A stretch of DNA of 64,000 bases from Octopus bimaculoides (lineage: Eukaryota). The notes beneath the pieces are model-generated. The model was not told the DNA's origin, ran no database searches, and saw only the letters and a program-made list of their open reading frames with translations. The stretch lies in the NCBI RefSeq assembly GCF_001194135.2, contig NC_068991.1:65739697-65803696 (forward strand). The letters are read 5' to 3'. Positions 1-13,218 of this stretch are shown piece after piece. Positions within the stretch are counted from its first letter, which is position 1. The number at the start of each line of letters is the position of its first letter. Both the position numbers and the translations under genes were made by a program.

Positions 1-780
1 ATTTAAACAATGGGTACTGAATCCTACCTTTATAGTCCTGTTCTCGTCCCTGGGGTAAAGCAGCTTTCAAAAAACAAACATGTACAAGTCAACATTGGAT
101 GAAAACAATACAATAGTAGTGACTGGGAACATTTTGTAAGGGGAAACTATGGAAACCAGCTTAATGAATAAATATTGTTTCTTCTAATGCTACTTTTATG
201 CTCTTTATGTTGAAGTAAGTTGGAAGGTATATCTGAATACTGTTTCATTAACAACATATTCAGACTACGAAATTGAAACCACAATCTACAAGGAGTTTTT
301 AGAACGTGATTAATTTGATATGGTTGAGATTGTCTTTGAATGTTAGTGAAGTATACAACTAAGACAGATTATGTTTATCTATGGAGTTCCAGAGCGAAAA
401 TAGTTTTATATTATTGAATACTTGGTTGAAATATTATGAAGGGACAAGAGCTTGAACAAATTAGAGTGTAATATTTTTTTTTTTTTTNNNNNNNNNNNNN
501 NNNNNNNNNNNNNNNNNNNNNNNNNNNNNNNNNNNNNNNNNNNNNNNNNNNNNNNNNNNNNNNNNNNNNNNNNNNNNNNNNNNNNNNNNNNNNNNNNNNN
601 NNNNNNNNNNNNNNNNNNNNNNNNNNNNNNNNNNNNNNNNNNNNNNNNNNNNNNNNNNNNNNNNNNNNNNNNNNNNNNNNNNNNNNNNNNNNNNNNNNNN
701 NNNNNNNNNNNNNNNNNNNNNNNNNNNNNNNATATATATATTTATATATATATATAAACACATACACATACATACACACT

Positions 781-1679
781 ATTAGAACTAGAGAAGAAAT
801 GTCAGATGTCAAAGCAAGGTCCAGAATCAAGAGGTCTTAGAGTTAATTTAAGAAAGACCAAAGTCCTAGTAAGTAGAAAAATGGACAAATCACTGATCCC
901 TTCAGGGAGATGGCCCTGCTTGATATGTAGGAAAGGTTTTGGTCAAAACTCCATACAGTGTACCTTATGGACTCATAAGAGGTACAACAGTATAATAGGA
1001 AGGTTAACAGAGAGTAGCTTTTGTGTGGGGCAGATGTGCAGGTACAATAAACACTAGGAATGTGCAGAAAATAGACTCCCTCAACTGTCCAGGCAAATCC
1101 TTAGAAATAGAAGATAGTTTCTGTTACCTAGGTGACCAAGTTCTGAGAGCATAGTTGCTGGAATAAGAATAGGTTGGGCAGGCAAAGCTCAGAGAGCTGC
1201 TACCTTTGTTGGTAACAAAGGACCTCTCCCTCAGAGTGAAAGGTAGATTGTATGATGCCAGTGTATGTACAGCTATACTACATGGCAGTGAAACAAGGGC
1301 CGACTATAGACGACATGTGAACATGAAAGAAAAGAAACCAGCATGCTTTGCTGGATGGGCAGTATCAGTGAACATGTACAACAGAGTGTAAATGATTTAA
1401 GAGAAAAATTGGGCATAAGAGCATAATTTGGGCATATGCAAGAGAGAAAACTGTGCTGGCATGGTCATGTGATACATATGGATGAGGACAGCTGCATAAA
1501 GAAGTGCCAATCTCTGATTGTGGAGGGAGCCTGTAGAAAGGGTAAACCCAGGAAGATGTAGGATGAAGTGGTGAGAAAGGATCTTCAGATGTTAGGCTTC
1601 ACTAAGGAGATGGCAAGAGACTGAGACTTCTGGCAATCTGCTGTACTTGAGAAGACATCAAGCTAAGTAAGATCATGGC
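781..1679 (+). mobile_element. RTE-clade LINE, degenerate 3' part of ORF
   Basis: Translations ESRGLRVNLRKTKVLVS...PSGRWPCLICRKG...WTHKR and LSLRVKGRLYDASVCTAILHGSET match the C-terminal region of RTE ORFs; frameshifts and stops present. Confidence 0.8.
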
Positions 1680-1984
1680 CAAGACAGCTATGTTCCCCAC
1701 TCTCCTTTTCAGCCAAGAGGTCCTTATCTTACAAGTTTGCAGGTGCTGGAGCCATGCAGAAAGCACCCATGCTGGTGCCACATATAAAGCACCCGTGCCG
1801 GTACCATATAATAGGCACCCATACCAAGGCCACATAAAAAGCACCCAGTACACACTGTAAAGTGATTGGTGTTAGAGACCATAACAAAACAGAAAATTGG
1901 AGCCTGGAACAGTTCTCTTGTCAGCCAACTCCTGTCAAACCATCTAACCCATGCCAGCATGTAAAACAGATGAATGATGATGAT
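1680..1984 (+). mobile_element. RTE-associated 3' tail with internal ~26-bp tandem units, ending in (GAT)n
   Basis: Continues the RTE fragment; gcaccc...aaa tandem units, then ccatgccagcatg...gatgatgat, shared with many copies in the window. Confidence 0.7.
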
Positions 1985-2739
1985 TATATATATATATATA
2001 TATATATAATCTACTGGGTTATTGTAGTATTATCTAAAAACAAACTCAAGCCCTAGGAGAATTTAAGGGCCACTGTTTACCTCTGGTCTTATGAGATTAA
2101 AGTAAGATATAAAACTGCCTGGCAAGGATGTCAGTCTACCATAGGTAACATCTCTAACAATGTTTTACCCATAATGAAAATACCTGCAGTGGACTTGAAC
2201 TCATAACCTATGATAAGGTAGTTTAATAACAACCATATAAATTTCATACTTCTATATTTATAATGACTATGTATAAACACTTCATTGGAAAATCATGTAC
2301 ATTTGTTAAAGGCTGTAGCAAAATGAATATTTAGAGGAATGTAATTCAGACGAGTAATTAAAGATCTGGTGTCAACATAGTCATAAATAGGAAACATTGA
2401 AAATAAAAATCAAAAGTACAGAATACTGGCAACTTAGCTGTTGCAGATGTGACTAAGCCAGGCCAGTATATATGGTGAAATGTTAAATTGGTTATTTATT
2501 AGCCACAAGGTCCATAAAATGGTAATAAAGCAATGCAATTAATAGGATGGTTAGATACCCTAACAAATTTGCAATAATAATAGTGATAAATTAGCAAAGA
2601 TCCAATCACAACGCCAACACCAATGACAACAGCAGCTAGTGATGACAACAACAATGACAACACCAATGATAACAGCAACAACAATAGCAATGACAGCAAC
2701 AACAACAACAGTGATTGGGCAGAACAATAAGAGCCTTGA

Positions 2740-3600
2740 CATGGTCCCTCAAACTCCAAGAAATATCAACCAAATCTCTCATATCACACTGTTACAAAAG
2801 AGCAAGATCACATTGGATAATGTCATCCTAGATACACTGTCTGAATAGGAAGTATGATGTGTCAAAGAGAGACAATACCTTTGATAAGGGTCCGATCATG
2901 TCCTCTTCAGGTCAGTTAATCTCATCTGCCACTGGCTTAGTCACGATACCCATCTCTCTCCTGTGCCTCCACAAACTACAACAGTGTACTACCTTTTAGG
3001 CAACAGTATTGGCAAGCTGGCTAAATCAGCTTGAAAGTAGCCAAACAAGTCAAACTTAGTGACGTTCGTTAATAGCTTGTCAATCTATGCTGATGAAGAC
3101 TGTATTACCAGCAGACTGTGCAGAGGAAATCTAACTATCAGTGATCAGGTTTCAATGAACAGAAATGCAATATTCTGAGACATTGCTGTGAGATACATAC
3201 ATTATCCTGGTCATCCCATTGCATCCCTGGTGTACTTTCAGTCATCAAAATCTGCTTTGCCACTCATTCAGGAAGTGAGAAACAAGAGAATGAGGCTGAT
3301 CATTCAATATAGCTCTCCCTCACTATAATCCAACTCCAGCATAAACTCAAATTTCTTAGAACAAACAGATGGCAAACCTATCATTGCAGTGGTCAAAATA
3401 TCACATATATTTGTGATAATGAAATCCTGCAATTTCCAGAGTTTCCTCATTTGTGAGAACACACAAGAGATATGGTGTAGGTAGGAACAGTCTGGATTCT
3501 CCAGTTACCTACATTGGCTATGTGCTCTGATGCTGATGATCACTTCTAAGAAGTGCCATCAGTGTCTAGGAGATGGAATCTTGATCATCTATGAAAATAT
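2740..3600 (-). mobile_element. Highly degenerate RTE-like RT fragment
   Basis: Minus-strand translation gives ...HQGC... and ISSAQSAGNTVFIS, aligning to the RT QG and ISNLRFADDTVLIA motifs; many stops. Confidence 0.45.
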
Positions 3601-3611
3601 GAAAATGCAGG

Positions 3612-3764
3612 ATGAATAGTTGGCATTAGGAAGGGCATCCAGCTGTAGAAACTCTGCCAAATCAGATTGGAGCCTGGTGTAGCCATCTGGTTCACCAGTC
3701 CTCAGTCAAATCGTCCAACCCATGCTAGCATGGAAAGCAGATGTTAAACGATGATGATGATGAT
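3612..3764 (+). mobile_element. RTE-tailed non-autonomous element, 3' fragment
   Basis: ttggcattaggaagggcatccagc...ccaacccatgctagcatggaaagc...gatgatgat, recurrent in the window. Confidence 0.75.
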
Positions 3765-4599
3765 GAATAAAGAAGGCAGGAAGAGAGATGTATGGATAAA
3801 AAATTGGTCAGGTCACAGATGTAATGACATTGATCAGAGGTCTACTTAATCAGGGATGACCTGGGGCCAAGAAATAACAAACTAAATTTTATAACCACAA
3901 TTAGTCAATATAAAATAGCCGAGCAGACACTCTAACAATGAACCTACTGTCAGGATACATTAGGAAATTGTCTATTAGTGTAGTATATCATATACCATTA
4001 TACTTTCTGTAGGCTGTCATCAACTCTTACAGTTTAGTTCTGATAGTCTTTATCAATAACTAGCTTCTTTTGGGGTTTTATTTTTATTTTTTTGTTAGAA
4101 ATGACTGCTAGTGTAGTAAAATAGATAATGAATGAGTTATGTGAAAGAAATTGAATAGATTTATAGAAAGAAAAGTTTGGACAGTGATTAGTGAAGACGA
4201 GCAATGCTTTGTTACCCAATATGTAAAGCAGTGAGACTATATACCGCAGCAGTGAGAATGAGATTGCAATCAATAGTGCTGTAGAAGGTATTACAATTAA
4301 ATGTATAATAGCAATGATATCAAAAATGTATATATCAGTAATATTACAATCAAGCAGAGGTAAAGTCAGTCACTGCTAGAACAAGGGCAATATCTATCTG
4401 TGGTAAAGGTGGTGGATCAGCAGAATCATTAGGGTGGCAGAAAAAATATATCTTGCAGCAGAGTAGGAGATGTTTTGGCACAGCCATTTTAGTGGCACCA
4501 ATCTGATGTTGATTGATTTCATTCTCTCCCCCTCTCTTTATGTATGTAAGCATATTGCTCTTTATGTGTAGGAGGAGAAAGGAAAGTGTTTATGTCTAT

Positions 4600-5090
4600 C
4601 ATCATCATCATCATCATTGTCGTTTAACGTCTGCTTTCCATGCTGGCATGGGTTGGATGGTTTGACTGAGGACTGGTTAGCCAGAAGGCTGCACCAGGCT
4701 TAATCTGATCTGGCAAAGTTTCTACAGCTGGAAGCCCTTCCTAATGCCAACCACTCCAAGAGTGTAGTGGGTGCTTTTAAATTCCACTGGCATGAGGGTA
4801 AGTCAGGCGGTTCAGGCAACGACCATGCTCGAAAGGTGTTTTTTCTATGCTACCTGCATGGGATCCAGTCCAGCAGCACTGGCAACAATCACACTCGGAT
4901 GTGCTTTTAACGTTCCACTGGCACGAGTGCCAATCAGGCGATACTGTCATTGGCCACGTCAGTGATTTTGATTTGATGTCACTTGTCTCAATAAGTCTTC
5001 GCAAGCAAAGTTTATTGTCCAATGAATGAGGGGTACTCATAAGTCTGCTGGTTATACCCACTGGCATATGCCACAGGCTATGGTCATGTT
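4600..5090 (-). mobile_element. RTE-tailed non-autonomous element, long copy
   Basis: (ATC)n tail at left, same 3' body as 3612-3764, internal gtgcttttaa repeats. Confidence 0.7.
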
Positions 5091-7214
5091 TAATCAATAA
5101 ATTGTAAGGTCTCTCCCGCTCTTACTATCAGTATGTGTATATTTCTGCATGCATTCATTTGTGTTTGTGTGTCTCCAGCATCAAAAAGTACTGACATCAA
5201 AAAAGCTGAATGCTCAGTAAGCCATGCTAAACTGTCAGTGTCCAGACAGATTTACCCAACTATCTGCTTGCAGTATATGTTTTGGCTCAGAGTTCAAATC
5301 CTGTCAAAGTCAAATTTGCCATCTATCTCTCTGAGATCAATGAAATAAAGTGTCAGTCAAATACAGGGTCAGTGTAACCAATTAACTTCTACCCGTCATG
5401 ATTGCTACCTTGATGCTTAAAATCAGGAACCGATCCCCTGAAAAAATAAAAATTTGAACAAGCAGTTGAATGAAGAAATGATGGAAGCTTTATTTCTCTG
5501 TTCTGGAATACACTGACAAATCACAACCTACAACCAGTATTAAAGAAGTACACATTGTTTAATGTACCCCTCGATATTTTATGTCTGATTATAAAAAAAG
5601 GGGAGGGATGACCACAATTGAAACAACTTTGATGATAACAGTAAAGCATAGAATCTGAGGAAACAAGTAATGTTTTGAGTCAGCAAAAATACAAATCATG
5701 GAAAAAGTGAAATATATAACAAGTCATTCCATTGTTTGAATTATTTGATTACAATAGGTTTGCAAGATCAGGAAATGACCCAGGGTTAACCAGCAACAAC
5801 AACAAATGAAAAATTTCAGCTCGCAATTGTGGTAATAAGCTAATTCTTCTTGCCATTCTCATTTATTGCCAAATCTCATAAATAATGTGGAACAGAACAA
5901 CTCTGCAGAGATAAAATGGTCTTTTACTATTTTTTCTTCTTCCTGTCTCTTAAATTTTCTACTCAGGATTAAGTTGTCATTGGAATTCTACTTTATTCTG
6001 GGTTTTCTCTCAGATAAATTTACAACTGTGATAGTCAACAATGTAATTAATTATGGAGCCTAGGATTGAAACATGAGCTATCATTTCAACAAGATCGCTT
6101 TAAATGTTATTTCAGATACCACACACATACAAAAACAAATGAGAGTATCTGTTTTGTATTCCTATTTTTCAGGAATAATGGCTATGAGGGTAAGATACTG
6201 AATTACCAGGGTTCAATTCTTATTAATGCTGTTGCGCTTCACTTTGAGAGAAGCACCTAATTCCATCCCAGTTTGAGTGTAAAAAAAAATTTTTTTAATC
6301 TTGACAAGTTGAGTTGCTGCCAGTGGGGAAAGAAAATTAGGCTCAAACCATTTGCCCATGTTACTTTGGAAAAAATGGACCTGATACACAGGGGGCTATT
6401 TTAATTTAATACTGTCTCAATTGCATATACTGGATTTTTATTCAGCTGGGCAGCTATTCACAACATCAGTGAATGTTTTATTCACTGTTACCTACATTGG
6501 AGGCATGAATTCTCATCCAAACACATGGCTGGCTATGAGCATGCAGCATGAAAAGGCCTAAAAAGGCCAAAATGCACCTGGCACTCTCATTGGTCAAGGT
6601 TGGGACAAATTTTCATCTCCAACATCCTGTTTTTAACACAGCACATCTCTAAGAAAGGTTATCTCAGGACAAGTATCACAGTAATTGGCCTAATCAACAG
6701 TGTACATACATTAAGTATGACACTAAGATAGCTATTTCAAAGCCCTGTCATCATTGAAGACTATCTTTCGTGTCACTCTTCGAAACTATGCTTGTTAGTG
6801 CTTTCTGCTAGTTATATTCTTGAATTTCACCAGTAATTTAAACTAACTTGAGAGGAGTGAGATCTTTATGTACAGTCACTAAAAGAAATATATGCCAGCC
6901 ATAGAAATATTCAGATTCTACTACCTTGAAATGTTTTGTAGCACTAGGTTGGCTCTCACAGAGCAGACCTATGACATATAGGTAATCTAGTAAACAATTG
7001 TGTGATACATATATACACACACACATCTGTAGCACTGGATATCTCATAGCTCCTAAATGAAGTGTTGCTTTGAAATAAATTTGCCACGGTAGTTTCAGTT
7101 ACATTAATTAATTTAAATTTTTGCACTTGGGCAGTTAAAAAACAAACAGCTCAGAAAAGAAATCAGTTAATCACCAGTACATGTATGTGTGCGTATCTAT
7201 CTATCTATCTATCT

Positions 7215-7267
<53 letters not shown>

Positions 7268-9383
7268 ACACACTATCAAAGATCTTATAATTAACAGTGA
7301 AGCCCTTTAATAATACAAAATACTAGCTTGTATCTTTTTCTTTTATTTACTTATTATTTGTTTCTTGAAATCATGATATATCNNNNNNNNNNNNNNNNNN
7401 NNNNNNNNNNNNNNNNNNNNNNNNNNNNNNNNNNNNNNNNNNNNNNNNNNNNNNNNNNNNNNNNNNNNNNNNNNNNNNNNNNNNNNNNNNNNNNNNNNNN
7501 NNNNNNNNNNNNNNNNNNNNNNNNNNNNNNNNNNNNNNNNNNNNNNNNNNNNNNNNNNNNNNNNNNNNNNNNNNNNNNNNNNNNNNNNNNNNNNNNNNNN
7601 NNNNNNNNNNNNNNNNNNNNNNNNNNNNNNNNNNNNNNNNNNNNNNNNNNNNNNNNNNNNNNNNNNNNNNNNNNNNNNNNNNNNNNNNNNNNNNNNNNNN
7701 NNNNNNNNNNNNNNNNNNNNNNNNNNNNNNNNNNNNNNNNNNNNNNNNNNNNNNNNNNNNNNNNNNNNNNNNNNNNNNNNNNNNNNNNNNNNNNNNNNNN
7801 NNNNNNNNNNNNNNNNNNNNNNNNNNNNNNNNNNNNNNNNNNNNNNNNNNNNNNNNNAAAAAAAAACAAAAAAAAAAACAGAAATTTCTTGTCTCTTTCA
7901 ACCTCATAAGAAATCAGATGAAATTATACATTCATGTTTGAATGAGTAACAGTAGAAAATATATCAAGCCATGTTCTTGCAAACATTAACATTTTCAGAA
8001 CTATCTAACCGCAAAAAAATGTAAAAAAAATAAATAAATAAAAATAAAATTAAAAAAAGCACGTGTGTATTGACAGTAAGATTTATAACTATAGATATGT
8101 ATTCATATACATATTCAGTGCTTTTTTAGTAGAAGACACTTGTCAGTGGGACTGAACCTGGAACCACGTGGTTGGTAAGCAAATTTCTTGCCACATAGCG
8201 ACACCTGCACCTATACTTTGTGTATTTTACATTTATATCTTTGCATGCTTATTAGATTGCATCACTGTAGTTCTATGATACTGAGCACTCTACATATTAC
8301 ATAAAGATATCCTGGAAACATTGTATTGGGAAATGTGTTGCGTTTGAGTGATGTGGGCTTTTTACACACACACACACACTTACATACAGGAATGGCTGTG
8401 TGGTTAAGGAGTACATTTCCCAACCATCTGATTTCAGTTTCAGTCTTACTGCATGATACTTTGGGCAAGTGTCTTTCATTATAGCCTCAGGCCAAACAAA
8501 GCCTTGTGAGTGGATTTGGTAGGCATAATCTGAAAGAAGCCTGTTGCATGTCACATCATCACAAAATAGTTGTATATGTGCATCATCATCTTGCAATCCT
8601 CTTTGAAAACATACCTGGCGATGGGAAAACCTTGCTTGGAAACAAGTAAGGGTTGATGATAGGAAGGGCACCTGGCTACAGAAAATCTGCCTCAACAAAT
8701 TTCAACTGACCAAAACAAGCACGGAAGAAAATTCGACATTTCAGTGATGACTATGAAATTTTATATAACACACATATTTATATAAAAAAAAAAAACACAT
8801 ACAATGATATAACAGTCTGGTAGTCACTAAAAAAACTGGATGTGGACGAATGACTAAGACCAATGAACTCATGCACAGGAACATGAAAGTTAATGTTGAG
8901 TTCAGACATTGTTACATATACATGATGCACATGAAGGAGAAGATTAAGACATAGGGAAAGCTAATCTCAGAATGTCGTACCTTATGAAGATGACAAGAGA
9001 CAAGAAGCTGCATGAGAGAAGATCCATGAACCAAAGCATGGAGAAACTGACATATGAAGATGAGGATACACAGTCTCCTAACAAATTTCAATCACAAAAC
9101 AGCTTCTATCAACTTGAGGCTATGGTAAAAGATATTTTCCCCAGGTAGCAACCTCACAGACATGGTGCTGATGAAGGAGCATAACTCTCAAAATATGGCA
9201 TATATGCCCTTTTATTCTTTTTAGCAATGGTGGTACCCCAGCATGACCACAGGTTTGAAGCTCAAACAATTTAAAGATTAAAGATTTATATATGTATCGC
9301 CTGTCTGGATGTTTTGTTGTCCCTTTTTGTATCACCCAACTGTCTGGATGTTTTGCGTTCATGTCCCATTTTTGTATTTTATT

Positions 9384-9433
<50 letters not shown>

Positions 9434-9435
<2 letters not shown>

Positions 9436-9590
9436 TCAAAACAGTTTGATTCAGATTCATTGGTACTCTTGAGTTTCAAGTATGATGCTACTCGTCAGCC
9501 ATTTTGAATTCCAAATTCAAAATGGATGACGACTAGCATCACGCTTGCAACTGAAGAGTACCAATGAATTTGAATCAAACTGTTTTGATC
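9434..9590. repeat. Near-perfect 157-bp palindrome (fold-back, MITE-like)
   Basis: Arms 9434-9510 and 9514-9590 (77 bp, 7 mismatches), 3-nt loop; lies next to a (TA)n run. Confidence 0.85.
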
Positions 9591-9699
9591 CATACATATA
9601 ACTCCTAATAAATTTGTTGAGTGCCCTTCTTCTGTTTGTCCACTCAGACAGACAGGTAGGGAGAGGGAGATAGACAAATAGATAGACAGATAGATAGGT

Positions 9700-9860
9700 C
9701 ATCATTATTTAATATCCATTTTCCAGGTTGGCATGGGTTGGATGGTTTGACTGAGAACTAGTAAGCCAGGGAACTGCACTGGGTCTTAATTTGATTTGGC
9801 ATGGTTTCTACAGCTGGATGCCCTCCCTAACACCAACCACTTCAAGAGTGGCAGGTGCAT
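9700..9860 (-). mobile_element. RTE-tailed element fragment
   Basis: catcattatttaa...ttggcatgggttggatggtttgactgag...cagctggatgccc family sequence. Confidence 0.7.
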
Positions 9861-10742
9861 ATAAAACAGAAAACTGGTATGGTAGTCAATGCTTTATAAG
9901 ACATACACATATTTCGCCAAAATGCCATAATAATTGCATAACATTTGTAGAAACATTATATAATCTTGCACTGCACCTCATCAGTGTTTTGCAATGAATG
10001 CAATAACAGATATTGAAAGCCACACACACACACATACATCAGAGACAAACAGACAGATGGACAAAATGACAGGCAGGAAATTGACATAGACACAAAAATA
10101 GAGGAGAAAGAGATATATTCTGTTTTATTGCTATGATGTGACATGATGGCTCACTTCACAGTTTACGTTGTGAAAATATAGATATAAAATAGTATAAATC
10201 AGTTGATATAGTGATTAAGTTAGTTCCAACAAGGAAGGAACAAGACTAGATTTTGCTTTTGATCTTTGGTTAGAATAAAACCAAATTTCAGCAGTAAGTT
10301 TAATATCAAAGGAAAGGAGAAGAAATGGGATAACATTTTATATAAGTTATATGTGTAAAACGATAAAAACATAGACGCATTGGTCTTTGGGAGATGACTT
10401 CAAAGACAATGATTTAATGACATTTTGTGGATATAGATGAAAGAAAAATATTATCACTTCTATTTTACAAATATTAACACTGTTTTAGCAAACAGGGTGG
10501 AACAATTTATGGAGAATATGACAGAAAATATTTAGGACAACATTTATCTATTTTTCAGAATGGTAGATATAGCTACGTAGTTAAAAAGTCTACTTCTCAG
10601 TTATATGGCACTAGTTTTGATCTCATTGTGCAACACCTTGGGCGTCTCCTAAGTAAGTTGACCAATTCCTTGTGAGTGAAATTCAGCAGACAAACTGTGC
10701 AAAAGCTCACTGTGTAATAAATATATATATATACACACACAC

Positions 10743-10819
<77 letters not shown>

Positions 10820-10821
<2 letters not shown>

Positions 10822-11000
10822 CAAACTGTATAAAAGACAAAATACAGAAACAAGTGAGGGAACAACAAAGTGTATTAGTCATTCAAGGAAAATGGAAGAG
10901 TCTTTAAAGTTTTGAGCCCACACTCTTCTGCTCTTCTACAGAAAGGAATGAGGAAAGAAAACAGATGGAGAAAGGAAGACAAAAGGAGAAAAGAAAATGT
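10820..11000 (-). mobile_element. Penelope-like terminal repeat remnant with decayed minimal hammerhead-like motif (10902-10945)
   Basis: Minus strand cttt-CTGTAGA-AGAG...CTC-AAAA-cttt-A-aag. Geometry resembles a minimal Penelope-type hammerhead with core substitutions. Confidence 0.4.
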
Positions 11001-11679
11001 GCCCACATGTGTGTGTGTGATAGAGAGAGGGGAGAACTGATAAACCAGTGTATTATAACAAAAATACCTTGTATTCATTCTCCAGATATTTTTGTCACTC
11101 TCACCATTGAAAATACAATGACTCAGTGATTAGCTTACAATGATGATACTATTGACCACAAATTCAATGACAAAAAATAAAATTAAAACATTTTTTTTTC
11201 AAAACCAGAACAGAAGTAATGAAGGAATTAACATATTGTCTAAAGGTAAAGCACCGATATATTTCGAAAATATTAAAAGATGGTAATCTGAACAGAAAGT
11301 CACATGAAAACAGATTAAGACCCTGCTCACCAACACAGTCTAGCCAACCAACCAACAGTTACATCATTCCGATCTTTAATATTATTTCTCTGAAGGCATT
11401 CACTCCAAGCCCATAAAAGTTGTACATCCTAACACTAGTCTATTTCGGACTGCGGACAGGCTAGTATATCATACAAGTCTTTCTTTAGTTTTTGGCAACC
11501 AGCAAGGGAACACCAGCCTGCATAATTCTGACACTTTCACAACTTCCACTGCTCTAGACATCTTCAGAAAACCATTATGTTCCTAGCTGATCTAATGCAA
11601 GAATATCAAGATACTGAACAGCAGATACTATAAACATTTCAGTTCTCTCCCCAGTGACAATATTGTCATCACACTACTA

Positions 11680-12745
11680 TTACTACTAATAATAGTCCTT
11701 TTCCTATAGGGACAAGTGCGTAACTGGTACTTATTCCATTGATCTCAAAAGGATGAAAGACAAAGCCAGCCTCAATGGAATTTGAACTCAGAATGTAAGG
11801 ACGAACAAAATGCCACTAAGCATTTTGCCGAGAGTGCTAACGATTTCGCCAGCTTGCTGCCTTATTACTACTACTAATAATAATAATGGTTTCAAAATTT
11901 GCAACAAGGGCAGCCATTTTGGATGATGAGATGTGCCAATTACATTGACCCCAGTGTTTCACTGGTACTTAATTTATCAATCCTGAAAGGATGATAGGCA
12001 AAGTCAACCTCAGCGGAATTTGAACTCAGAACATAGCAGCAGACAAAATACTATTAAGCATTTCGCCCAGTGTGCTAACAATTTTGCCAGCTCACCGCCT
12101 TACTACAACTACCACTAATAACAATTTCTAACTATAGACACAAAGCCTGAAATATGGCAGGGGGGGNNNNNNNNNNNNNNNNNNNNNGCCAATTACACCA
12201 AACCCAGTGCTCCGCTGGTGATTATTTCAAAGGATGAAAAGCATAGTCAACCTGAACTCAGAATGGAAAGCCAGAAGAAATGCTGCTAAGCATTCCTTTC
12301 AGCTTTACAATTCTGCCCACTCACCTCTTTGATAATAATAATAATAATAATCCTTTCTTGTATAGCTACAGAGCCAGAAATTTGGGGGCAGGGGTCTAGT
12401 CAATTACATTGCCCCTCAGTGCTCAACTGGTACTTATTTTATCGACCCCGAAAGGATGACAGGCAAAGCTGACCTTGGCTGCTAAGCATTTTGTCTATTG
12501 TTCTAATGATTCTACTAGCTCACCTGCTCAAAAGCAACAATTTTAAACAATGGTACTCAGATTTAGTGGGGAGGTGTGATCGATTAAAATGACACCACTA
12601 CCAGACCTGTGTTCCATTTTATTGAAGCCAGAAGAATGAAAAGTGAAGTTAGTCTTGATAGTATTTGAACTCATAAAAAGCCATAACTAAATATCACAAG
12701 GTATTTTGTCTGATGTTCTATTGATTGTGCAAATCCACTTGAAGT
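11680..12745 (-). mobile_element. Head-to-tail stack of five copies of a tRNA-derived SINE (central domain gcctttcatcctttcggggtcgataaa; Meta/Nin-type by resemblance)
   Basis: Repeated ctggtactt...gaaaggatga...ggcaaag...gaatttgaactcagaa...ctaagcattt blocks, each preceded by a (TAA)n-like tail. Confidence 0.8.
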
Positions 12746-13172
12746 AGGAAAATCTAACCTTTGAAATATGTTAAAGAAGGACAGTGTCCAACATGAAGAT
12801 TGCATTAACTGAGGTTGTCTAGCCCCAAATCTACCTATGATTAAAAAGTATAAAAGTAATGTCCATCTTGGCTTACAGCTGTTTCTGCTATAGGATGCAG
12901 TGTGGTCAGGAAGCATTTACATATATGTATATACCATCCCAAATAAACTTGTACTTCATTTTAGAAGCTCTGAAGAAGCAATAAGGTGATGCACAACCAC
13001 TCAGCTCTAAGTGCACTGCATCATATAGCAGAAACAACTGTAAGCTAATGAAGTTCATTGCTTAATTTCCTGTTCCTTTGCCATTCATTTAATTTCATAT
13101 TATGTTCTATCTATACATACACACACACGTGAGTGCATTATGTATGTGTTCATGACTACATATATTTATGTG

Positions 13173-13218
<46 letters not shown>

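Noticed and set aside
2499-2848. Leu/Val- or Thr-rich ORFs
   Set aside because: Translations of a degenerate (ACA/ACAATG) simple repeat.
5408-5436. Minus-strand 29-nt exon-like segment (ttttttcag|GGGATC...CAAG|gtagca)
   Set aside because: Good acceptor, but not Rab4 sequence and frame-shifting after a phase-1 exon; no supporting partner.
9169-9215. CTGATGA-AGGAG-CATAA-CTCT-CAAAA hammerhead-like string
   Set aside because: No GAAA and no convincing stem I. Similar partial hits at 25071, 27819, 28257 (minus) and 37743 were rejected for the same reason.
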